DNA of 64,000 nucleotides. It comes from Selaginella moellendorffii. Its lineage: Eukaryota > Plantae > Lycopodiophyta. Below, one piece after another: positions 52,361 to 64,000 of this stretch (positions are counted from its first letter, which is position 1; each line of letters opens with the position of its first letter). A program made the translations under genes and the position numbers. The notes beneath the pieces were generated by a model. It was not told where the DNA came from. It saw only the letters and a program-made list of their open reading frames with translations, and made no database searches. Location: assembly GCF_000143415.4 (NCBI RefSeq), contig NW_003314419.1, forward strand, positions 13,969-77,968, given 5' to 3'.

Positions 52361-55300
52361 GTCAGAAAAAAGAATAACTTTCACCTAAAAAGAAGTGCAA
52401 AAGAGAGAGATTTTGATTAGCATCATAAAAAAAAATTTTATGCTACTATACCAGCACCTTATGCGGTCCAGGATTTTTAATGAACTCGGATCTGCGTGAC
52501 TTTAGTCAGTGCTTGTTTTAGATTTTAGTGAAAATTGTGGCTACCTAGTTCTGAGAAGAATAATAACGAATGCGAGGAAGATCAAGAAGCAGCGTTGCTG
52601 TCCCAGTCCAGTATAGAATCGTAGCTGAGGCCTTTGGAGTACCTACAGTGTTCGTCAGGAAAAGCGGAACAAGGCTTCATGAATTTACCAAATCAGGCAT
52701 TTTAATTCCCTACATCCCAGCGGCTTGGCAACAAGAGATGGAATTCCTGAAGAAAAAAATGAAAGAAAATAGGAGGTTTACGTGTTTACCATGGCATCTG
52801 ATCCACCTCTTTCCTCCCAAGAGCTTTGTGAGTTGAACTTCTCCTAGCTCGACTCTCAAAAGATTAACTTGGCCTTCGAGAACTTCCGCTGGAATCACGA
52901 ACAGCATGGTTGGAAAAAACACAAACACGCAAAGCATTACCCAGTCTTCCCCATACTGGTGAGATCCCAAACTTGCCCAGTTTTTTTATTTTTCTGTTCA
53001 TCTGCCACCTCTCATCTTTTACTGGATTTGATTGAAGCTGCCAAACCATACCAGCGCTGTCAATTTCGCCTTCATCGCTGTCATTTCCCTTTCATCAGTG
53101 TCACTGTCGGCCTCATCCAAAAATGACAGACAGGAAGGGCCTTTTGCTCATCTCTTTTTCTTCTTCTGGAGCTGACGTTCCTCTTCCCTGCAACATAGAT
53201 GGATTCAGACACATGGCCACAGAGATGGGATGTGGGCTTACTTTTTCTACAGCTTCTCTTTCTCATCCTCCTCTATCTTGGTGTGCAAGTTGTCGCTCTG
53301 CAGCAGCACAGAAATGAAACAAAGTGATGAAACAGGTCAGCTACCTTTTCCACTAACTACTCCCTGGAAGTCCAACAGTCTCTTGCACTCTCCAGAATCT
53401 GTGGCAGTGAGCTCTGGTAATGAGGAACAGAGAGCGCACCTCCACCCAGGCAGACATGTGCATCAATCGGATCCTGTTTGGAGAGCTTCCAAGGATGTTG
53501 CTTCCCAGCCTGAGCTCTTGCCTCTCCACCTATTCCAACCAGAACCTCGACTACATCTCCTAGAGCTACACAAAGCAAGCTGTACAGGCATATCCAAAGA
53601 TGGTAGTCATTTTTTTTTCTAAAACAAAACTCACTGGATTTTGTTGCGATGCCATTGATCAGCTTCACTGGACTGGAAAAATGCTGCAAGGCACCCTGGA
53701 TTCGCTTGAATGTTAGAGTACCTAGAGAAGCAGTAAATTTGTTTTTTCTTCTGAGCAATACCTGTATCGTTCAGAAATTCTGAAACAAAAATCACCTCTG
53801 ATGTCACCTTCTTCTTGAGGTCTTGGATGTACAGTATATGGGACGGGAAAGTTCTACTTCTCATCCGATGCGCTTCTTCTCCCACAATAAAATTTTCGCA
53901 TCCAATATGCTCCAGATACGGACACCCATATTAACCGTTTCTTAAACCTAAAACCAAGCTCTTTGCCACCATGTAACAATCCGCACCATTGCTTTGGAGC
54001 GTCACAAATCTGGATCGTTGAATTGAGAGCATCTGCCATAAGTAAAAATGGATATTCGAAAAATGGAATATGTGACACCGATGCCAAAATAGCAACTTTA
54101 AATAAAGAGTTTGACTAGCAGGGAACCTAGCTCCGCTGGGATAGTTAGATGCTAATTTTAAAAAGAGAACAATTTATTAAAACTTGCTTAAGTTCAATAT
54201 GTAACAAACACTTGGTTTATTTAGTTTTTACTTAGTGATTGCAACCAAACACTATTTCTTAAATGGTTTACTGGAATAGAATAATACATGCTTGGACTCA
54301 AAGCTTAAAAGAATTATTCAACACATGAAGAGGTGGCTTAATCATATTCCTCAATTTGGTATATTATTTGGGCATTCCAGAGGTAAGAGCAGTTAATGGG
54401 ATGGCATGGTAAAGGGCTTTTTGGTATAGAATGGCTCGTTGTCTTTATATACAGTCATTCTATATAGATGACCTAGTCATTATAGAACTAATTAGTCAGC
54501 AAGGATCCCAGCTCTCCTGGGAGTAGTAGAGAATATTTTCAATTTGAAAAAATGTAGTTGTAATTATAATTGTTCAATCTATTTCTTTTTTTGCTTTCTC
54601 TTGGCATGTTTATTTTTATTTTATCTTAATTTTACCACTATTAATCTCTAAATTAATGGACAATAATGCAATTAGATAATAATGCAAGTGTTGGGGAAGA
54701 TAAGATCATTTTTTAATCATCATTAAATTTGAATTTAAATTATTTTATTGCCTATATAAAAGGTACACAAACCTAAACACATCTACAAATTAAATTATAA
54801 ATCATATTGAGTCTATAAGAGAAGAGTTTTCTACAATATTCATCTTAAAATTAATATAAATCATAGTTGTAAATATTTCTTTGATAAATGTTTTAATAAA
54901 TAGTTGCTATATATGTGTTGTATTGTATGCATTGTATTTATTTTTATATTTTCATGTATCAATGCACAAAAGAATACTCTTAAAAACAGTATTATAGCTT
55001 TATGATATCACACAAATCTTAAACTATATCTACTTTGATGCCGTACACACTCTACATAATGAGTTTGTTTTTGGTTACTTATGGAACTTTGATCTTCATG
55101 CAGGGGTTCTCAAGTTCTTCTCCAGCTTCCTTTGGAAAAATGTGCCACAGGTAAGAAGAATTCTCCCAATAATCTGGAAGCTTTTTGTGACTAATATGTG
55201 ATCGATCTCTGAGGGCGCTGCTGTGCTTAAAAGAGCACAACAATGGCCATTTGTAGTGAAATATACACTTACAGAAAATATGCGTGTTAATTCGTTTGGT

Positions 55301-58300
55301 TTTGTAAAAACTAAATATTCTTTTCAAATATGGCAGCAATCTTTTAGATGTGATTAGATTTGTGTACCTTTTTATAAGGATAATAAAAAATTTAAATTCA
55401 AATTTAATGATTATTAAAAAATGATCCTATGTTCCTCAACACTTGCATTATATCTAATTGCATTATTTTCCATTTATTTGGAGATGAATAGTAGTAAAAT
55501 TAAGATAAATTTAACATTGTATAAAATCAAAAATATCTAACATTTTAGAATTACAAAAGAAGATCTATTTATCTTTGATATGCTATATCTCCCAGCGGAT
55601 ATATCAGCATACTCTTTGATCTATAGAATAAAACCTTTATAGAACAAAGAGTATTTGATTGATTTAATAGTACATTGTAGAATTAAACATAATTTTTTTG
55701 TACAAAGATCATATATAGCAGACACAATAGAAAGTATACTATAAAGTTTAAATGTAAATAATGTGGTGAATATAGAAAATGATTTTTTTCATAACTTAAA
55801 ATATAAGAGTTGAATGGCACCAGCTATTTTATCTTATAAATTAGCTTTAGTTTTTGTCAATAATCTTATGATACTTATTATACACTCATAATGAATATAA
55901 TCGCATTGAGTTGTTTGTTCGCTCAGATATAGTCTAAGATTTGTGTAATATCTGTAAGTGATAAGATTTGTGTAATTTGTGCAAGTGATAATACTATTTT
56001 TAAGACTAATAATTTATGAATTGATAAATAAATATAATGACATACAGGTAAAAATATGATTGAGCAACATTAGACACAATACAAAAGGCTACAATCCACA
56101 AAAATGTCATTCCAGGAAATCCCTAATATCATGAATACCCTAATATCAGAGTAAAACCTTACCTTTCACTGAAAAATATTAGCCTCAATAACATTGTTAT
56201 AATGCCATAAACTTAAATAAAAAACAATGAAACTTAGAGATAATAATCTTAATTTATATAAGCATTTTCTCTATATAAAAAGATATACAGAAACAATGTT
56301 AATGATATGTATTATAATACTTTAACTTTTAATAAATACTATTCTGCATAACAATATTTATTTTTTATAAATTTATAAAATGTATGTAGTTTGANNNNNN
56401 NNNNNNNNNNNNNNNNNNNNNNNNNNNNNNNNNNNNNNNNNNNNNNNNNNNNNNNNNNNNNNNNNNNNNNNNNNNNNNNNNNNNNNNNNNNNNNNNNNNN
56501 NNNNNNNNNNNNNNNNNNNNNNNNNNNNNNNNNNNNNNNNNNNNNNNNNNNNNNNNNNNNNNNNNNNNNNNNNNNNNNNNNNNNNNNNNNNNNNNNNNNN
56601 NNNNNNNNNNNNNNNNNNNNNNNNNNNNNNNNNNNNNNNNNNNNNNNNNNNNNNNNNNNNNNNNNNNNNNNNNNNNNNNNNNNNNNNNNNNNNNNNNNNN
56701 NNNNNNNNNNNNNNNNNNNNNNNNNNNNNNNNNNNNNNNNNNNNNNNNNNNNNNNNNNNNNNNNNNNNNNNNNNNNNNNNNNNNNNNNNNNNNNNNNNNN
56801 NNNNNNNNNNNNNNNNNNNNNNNNNNNNNNNNNNNNNNNNNNNNNNNNNNNNNNNNNNNNNNNNNNNNNNNNNNNNNNNNNNNNNNNNNNNNNNNNNNNN
56901 NNNNNNNNNNNNNNNNNNNNNNNNNNNNNNNNNNNNNNNNNNNNNNNNNNNNNNNNNNNNNNNNNNNNNNNNNNNNNNNNNNNNNNNNNNNNNNNNNNNN
57001 NNNNNNNNNNNNNNNNNNNNNNNNNNNNNNNNNNNNNNNNNNNNNNNNNNNNNNNNNNNNNNNNNNNNNNNNNNNNNNNNNNNNNNNNNNNNNNNNNNNN
57101 NNNNNNNNNNNNNNNNNNNNNNNNNNNNNNNNNNNNNNNNNNNNNNNNNNNNNNNNNNNNNNNNNNNNNNNNNNNNNNNNNNNNNNNNNNNNNNNNNNNN
57201 NNNNNNNNNNNNNNNNNNNNNNNNNNTGTGATATAATGTTATGAGTTATATTTATTATGTTATGATGTGTGTTGGTGATAGAGTGAATTGTAGAAGGGAT
57301 TTTTAATATAAAGATTATATTATGTTTAACTATGTATGTTATCGTTATGATTATGTTAAAAATTACAATTGCTATTACAACTCTTTGAAGTTACTAAAAT
57401 ATTAGGAATAAACACGATGCTCCCAGCATAGCTGGGACTTTAATCACTAATTTTCTTGGTATTGATTGGTATGTACTTATACAATTAGAATTCTAGATTA
57501 GTGGATTCACAGTGATGTGGATGTATATAATCCAGGATATACATTATCCTGGATCAAACATCTAAGTTGCCGAATTATATAATTGATTATATAACTTTAT
57601 ATGATCAATATAATCAATATAATTCATTTATGCAATCAATATATAATGCAATATATAGAAATATTCAAGCATGAGATTTCATAGGTGGTTATGTTAAAAG
57701 TTTCGAATGTGAAAGTGTGGGAAAGCTTACTCAATTGTAAAAAGTTCAGCCTTTTCTATATCATGATTTTAAAAAAATATTCTGTAATTACATTAACCTC
57801 GAAGGATATCCCACTCTCAACTATTTTGACAACTTTTTTGAGTTGACAACTATCCGAAATTCGTATCGATAAGTATTTTTGGTTTTTTTTCTGTTTTGTT
57901 TTCAAGCAAACATAGCAATAGCACAATAGAATAGAGATTCTTGTATGTGCAGGTCACTCTTCTGAACTGTTTTCTGCCTCCATGTTTCCTTTTGAATGTT
58001 TTAAGCATTTTTAGGATCTTGATCTGGAACGACATATAGACTTTTTTGTTTTTTACCTAATACCTTTACGAGAGAGAGCAAAACACTAAATAAAATCAAA
58101 CATGGAAATCATTTCTATGCCCTGAGTTAATGTACAAATATCATGTACCGAATCAAACCAAGCTCATGGCTTCAAAGTTGTGTCTATAAACACGTACATA
58201 CACAACAGTTTATTTAATGCTGTCCTTTTCCTTCAGAAATGGCTTTTTTAAAAAAAGTTCATGGCTTTGTCTGTAAGAAAGTAGAGTAGGCTGCCAATGT

Positions 58301-59682
58301 AGAGCTCCAATCCTTGTTCTCCACCACCTCAGCTGCCATGTACTACGCTGTGGTGATATCTCCTAAAGGTGCTGATCACCACTTTGTCACGCATGTTTAG
58401 TTTGGAAAGAATGTTGTCGAGCTTGAGATCCTGGTGAACCACGCCTCTCAAATAAATCTATTTGAAGGTCTTTACCAGCTGCTTGATGATTCTGGCTGCT
58501 TTGTCCTCACCAATCTTCTCGCAAATATGCTATATTTAAAAGACCAAATAATTATGGAATAACGCCTTAAGAAATGAAGGCAATATTTCCACCAACGAAC
58601 GTAACCACTTGAGGAAAAATGCCCGTGCCCTATCCAAAAGGTAAAGTTCCATCACTTTGGAGGTGAGCTTGGAAGCATCATGCCAGGCATGGCGACTCGA
58701 CTTTGTGGTGTTGTCCGAGTCTCATAGTAGTAGTAGATGCCGCAGAAGCACTACAAGGTCAAGGCTAGCCATGCCTTTGCTCATAAGGCTGTGAGTCAGC
58801 CGAGCAAGCTAGCAGTCTGAAGCTTTATAGAGAAATAGGCAAGCAGCCAGTTGACAAGCCGATGCAGCTAGTAAAAGATAAAGAAACAACAAAATACTGT
58901 GTCCAGATCTTGAGTTACCTCAAGACAATCACATTCAATATGGGCATCGAACTTCTTCTACGGGTGGTGGAGTTGTAAGGAACCAACTCACCGAGGTGTT
59001 GTAGGCTGAAGGTTCAAGGTATGAGGAAAAATTCGAACTTGATCAAAAGATTTCCATGATTTTCCATGTATACATCAATCCAGGTATCTTTTCTACTTGT
59101 TGTGATGTTTAGGCCATTTTCTTCTCACAAACTTGCTCATGGACAAAATAAAGGAGACCAAGGATAGTGTTTGTCAATCTCTCCTCCATTGCGCATATCA
59201 CCTCTTACAGCGGTGGAATCCAGTTCTCACACCTTAATGACAATGCCTGGTACACCAAACAACTCTTGTTTCTCGTGAGCAGTTCTGATGATTAAGGCTA
59301 GTTCTATATAGAATGGCTCATTTGGTATATAATACTATATATATATATATATATGAATAATTAAAATATATTTTATATTGCAAGAACCACTGCTTCCTTC
59401 TAACTGTAAGAAATTTTTGTCTTTTTTAAATACTATAGAATACCATTATCTACATAAAATATAAAACTATTTTTAATAATAATTATTGAAAAAGAAACAT
59501 ATTTTCAGCTGGGATTTATATCAGTTGTAAGATGGATGTTGTAGAAAATGCTATTGTTGAAGACTAAAATTGATTTAGAAAATTTTTCTTACTTATAAAG
59601 ATTCTAAAAAATTATGATATTTTATTATATCTTCCTTTGGATGGAGCTTCGCTTTCTTCAACTTCTTTGATTCCTCTTACAG

Positions 59683-60580
59683 GTGGTTATGGAGCTGGGA
59701 GGCAATGCTCCATACATGGTGGAAGATCTTGTTCCAGACTTGGAAGGTACAATCGCTAAGTTGGTCCACAAAGGATTCTATCAAAGCGGCCAGTCGTGCA
59801 TTCACATGCAGCGTCTTTACGTGAAAGGTGAGGTATCCAACACTCATCTTTAAATTCTATCGTATTCTTTGTTCTCAAATCGAGCTTTGATCCAACGTAT
59901 TTGGTACTGGTTGTATACATTGATTGCTGCTATTAAGAAACTCAAAGGTGGAGATCCTCGCCAAGACGACATGTCAATCTGGCCCAAGTCATCGGCAGCT
60001 ACAGTGGAGAAGAGCGTGAACGAGACAGTGAAGGCAGGCACCAAACTTTTAGTTGGTGGTAAGCGAAGGGGAGCTTTCATGGAGCCAATGATCCTGGAAG
60101 ACGCTCCCTTTGACACAGATGCAAAGAAGGAAGAGATTTTCAGTCCAGTGATCCTTCTCTACTCATACAAGTAAGCTCTCAAAGTTTCTTAGCCCCTGAA
60201 GTTCTTCTTTACTTCCTTTTTTTTCTCTAAACTAAAACGGTGGTGACGCAGTGATTTCAAGGAAGCCGTGAAGGAAGCTAACAACACGCATTACAGTCTC
60301 CAGGCCAGCGTCTTTACGCATGATCTAAACAAGGCCTTCTATGCGTTTGAGCACAGAGGTAGCTTTGCGTTTGAGATATAGAAAGTATTGATCGATTGTT
60401 TGATGATTATTTGATCCTCACAGGCTGGAGGAGTTTGCCTCAACGATTCGCCAAGCATGCGCGTTGATAGCCAGCCATACGGTGGGATCATAGACTCTGG
60501 AATCCAACGAGAGGGTGTCAAGTACGTGATGGACGACATGCTTGAAACCAAAGTTTAAGTCATGTGCAATGTAGGCAACG
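59683..60580 (+). pseudogene. Aldehyde dehydrogenase (ALDH21-like) C-terminal half, multi-exon, degenerate
   Basis: MELGGNAP, FYQSGQSCIHMQRLYV, EEIFSPV, ANNTHYSLQASVFT, QPYGGIIDSGIQREG. N-terminal half absent; premature TAA at 60556. Confidence 0.85.
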
Positions 60581-62034
60581 TTGCCATGGCTCTTCCATGC
60601 CATGGCCTTGAAATAGGAGGAGATCGCTTTCATGAACGTGTGGCAGTACTTGGAGTCTGCAACCATGGCTTGAATCTCACTGCAGATCGCTTCAGCAGCA
60701 TGTGTTTGCAAGGGCCGGGAAGCTGAAGGATTCCAAGGGGATGCTGGGCAAGAGGAGTGAGAGAGTCTGCTGGGAGCTTGTCGAATGTACTGGGATCTAA
60801 GCACTGCCTTGCAGACGGCACAGGAGTTTGGTGGTTGTAACAAGGATCTTTTTTCATATATAATGCTTGCAAAAGGTGGCAGTTAAGTTTTTGAAGTGTT
60901 TTGTAAAATTGGGAGAATGTTTTGATATATTTGAGTGTGTCTTTCTTTAAAAGGAGTGGAAGCTTTAAAGACACAGCTTTTCAAAACCTGGTTTGTTTTT
61001 TTCTTTCTTTCTTTCTATTCTTGTTTTCATCTCTCATTTTTCAAAACATCTATTTCCGATTTACCTGAAAATCAAAGGCCTACATATGAATGAATGAGTG
61101 TTTTGGAAGTTAGCTGTATAGTTCTCTTGTGCTATTTGACACATTTCTTGTCACCATTTCCAATGGGGCTTTTGCAAATGCAGGAGGTAAGCTGTAGGTG
61201 TGTGTCTGACCTCATCTCCAGATAATGTAAATGCCAGAGAATATTTTTTTTGGTGTGTCTGCTCTTGGATCCAATGCTTGTGAAGGCACTTGCGTTTTTC
61301 TTGCTCATCTGTCTCACGCTCACTGAATAATCATCCTCTGGCCCCTTAAGAATGCCTTAGCAGTTGATCCACACAACCAAACAAAAACGGCACTACAGTG
61401 TACCTGTCAGGTAAAACAAGGGTGAGTCAGCTTTCATCCATCAGTTAAGCTCTTAGTGATTGAGCTGAGCTCTTGTTATCTCAATTTTGCAACAGCATAG
61501 TGAAAAAGGGAAAGGGAAAGTATAGTACCTGAATGAAGGTGTGTCTGTCTGCTGTGTGTTTTTATTGCCTATCTCCTTTTCTTTGTTTTGCAGTTTCTCT
61601 TTCCCTTGTTGGTGGTCACCTGATTGGATCAAAGAGATCATTTTCATGGAGTTGTTTGGCGTGCTTGCTATTGGCTGCATGTGTGCTACAGCTGGCTGGT
61701 ATATGAGAGCTGCTGCTATAACGTATTGAGCTTACTTTCCACTCATTACAGAGCTTGTCCCAGGCGGGGCTTCAGGTCTACATTCAGATCAACAANNNNN
61801 NNNNNNNNNNNNNNNNNNNNNNNNNNNNNNNNNNNNNNNNNNNNNNNNNNNNNNNNNNNNNNNNNNNNNNNNNNNNNNNNNNNNNNNNNNNNNNNNNNNN
61901 NNNNNNNNNNNNNNNNNNNNNNNNNNNNNNNNNNNNNNNNNNNNNNNNNNCAAAGCAACGAACTTAAATAGTTCTCATAAGTTGCTAAATTAAGCCCACC
62001 TTTATCATATTTACTCTTCAATGTTCTTGTACCG

Positions 62035-62330
62035 CATCAAAGGTGTCATTATAAAGCCTAGATGAACAGCATTGGCTGTGATGTCAACTCCTTCGGCCTA
62101 ATCAGCGAAAGAGAAAGCATTGATGAAAGAGAAAGGTGGGAGAGATTTCAAAGCATTAGACGAATACCTTGAATCTCATTGCCATCAAAGGTGTCATTAT
62201 AAACCCTGGATGAATAGCGTTGGCTGTGATGTCAACTCCTTCGGCCTAATCAGCGAAAGAGAAAGCATTGGCGAAAGATAAAGGTGGGAGAGATTTCAAA
62301 GCATTAGACGAATACCTTGAATCTTATTGC
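62035..62330 (+). repeat. Tandem duplication of ~147 bp
   Basis: catcaaaggtgtcattataaa...gaataccttgaatct occurs twice. Confidence 0.9.
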
Positions 62331-63265
62331 CAGTTCTTTGGCGTGGAAAAAGTTCGCGAGCTTGGATTGACTGTATGCTCTAGTGTCGGAGTACCTTTTG
62401 GAAGAAAAAAGGAAGAATGTAAGCTCACGAGAAAAGAGAGTTGTTTGGCGTACCAGGTTTTGTCATTAAGGTGTGAGAACTGGATTCCACCGCTGTAAGA
62501 GGCGATATGCGTGGTGGAGGAGAGATTGACAAACACTTTCCTTAGTGGTCTCCTTCATTTTGTCCAGTAGCAAGTTTGTGAGAAGAAAATGGCCTAGACA
62601 TCACAACAAGATAGAAAAGATACCTATGTATACACGGAAAATCATGGATTTCTTTTGATCAAGTTCGAATTTTTCCTCATACCTTGTAAAGTTCCATCAC
62701 TTTGGAGGTGGGCTTCAAAGCATCATGCCAGGCATGGCCACTCGCCATCTCCGGGCACAGCAATGGCCGGAGTATGTGCCGTCCCAAAGAAGTGTGGAGC
62801 AAAACTCGAGCAAATGGCGATATCTGGAGGAGCTCACCGTGATCTAAACCACACCTTTGATCACCACCTTCACCACAGAAATGAAAATCCATGAGATGAT
62901 CCAACTATAGTGGCTTGGAGCTTACCTGCGTTGAGCTTAGAGTTGTCAAGATATTGGCAGCTGCCATAAGAGCAAGCAATCCACTGTCATCATGACCAAC
63001 GAGCACGACTGATGAGAATTTTAGTTGCTGGCAAAAGCTCAGCAGCAAATCCACCTGTGAGCTCTAATCAGAGAAATCAAACAAGCAAGAACAACAGGAA
63101 AAAATTTCTTTTTTTTTTCTTCTAAACGACAATGAATAGAACACTCACTTGGGACTGGTGCTCATAAGGATTCGGAAGACCATCTTTGTCACGGCCACTT
63201 TTTTTGCACGGCCAGCTTGTCAGTCCCCAGCCAGTCCGATCAAACACAGCAAATAGAAAATTTCA

Positions 63266-63434
<169 letters not shown>

Positions 63435-64000
63435 TCACAATCTGCCCAATCGCCCTAAATTTTTTCTCTTGTTTTGGATCGTCATTAAAAAATTGAAGAG
63501 TTGCCACCCTTTTGGCACTTGATCTATGCCATCTATTTGAAGTTTTTGAATTTGAACCGTTAGATTATAAGCATATTCAGAAATAATATTCTAAAAATGG
63601 AATAAAAGATGCCAGATGCCATATGCCAATAGCACGTTTAAATAAGGGAGTTTGATGATAGCAGATTTAGTAAAGGAAGTATGATATTAAGAGAATAAAA
63701 ATAAAAAATATAGGTGCAACATTATCAAACTGGTCTATTCGGTCTATTCCTTAACGATAATATTGAGCTGAACACGCTCAAACCTTTCGTTGCCAGCTGG
63801 TACTTGATTTTCTAATTCATCTTTTCCTGCTCCTTGTATAGCATTGTCTATGGGTGGGAGTTCCCCTGTTGATTTTGGGCGTGGCTCAACTGTCTCAATT
63901 TCAGTGAGAAGCTTTTCTAATTCGTTGATCCTTTGTTCTTTCCTTGTCAATTTCATCTTTAGGTCATCAAGTTCTCCTTGCAAAATAGCTCCCAATTGCA

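Larger units (their letters stand above)
44843..54114 (-). mobile_element. Non-autonomous Helitron with captured gene fragments
   Basis: 5' TCAAACTCTTTATTTAAAG at 54114; 3' hairpin + CTAG at 44843. Internal N gaps make continuity uncertain. Confidence 0.65.

Noticed and set aside
63744-63995. Coiled-coil ORF at the window edge
   Set aside because: Truncated by the window; possibly a transposon ORF but unassignable.

Overview
Repeat-dense, gene-poor land-plant nuclear DNA. The 38-57 nt introns, ALDH21-like and CYP88-like fragments and N gaps suggest a non-seed plant such as Selaginella (inference only). I see no intact host gene. The background is head-to-tail Helitrons (plus strand on the left; three minus-strand units at 39467-63655) carrying captured gene fragments, plus nested gypsy-type LTR elements at 24.6-37.2 kb. 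The standout is an 11.7-kb DNA transposon (5529-17267) with perfect 22-bp TIRs and two divergent genes. One is a Sola-like DDD/E transposase. The other is a 9-exon, ~1520-codon cargo gene fusing ParB-like, degenerate beta-class DNA-methyltransferase-like and FCP1/NIF-type HAD phosphatase domains. About 22 copies of the palindrome ATGGCRTG-N6-CAYGCCAT lie inside the element and none were seen outside it. This suggests a transposon-encoded protein plus binding-site system (parS-like or anti-silencing). All domain calls are by-eye motif recognition; no searches were run.
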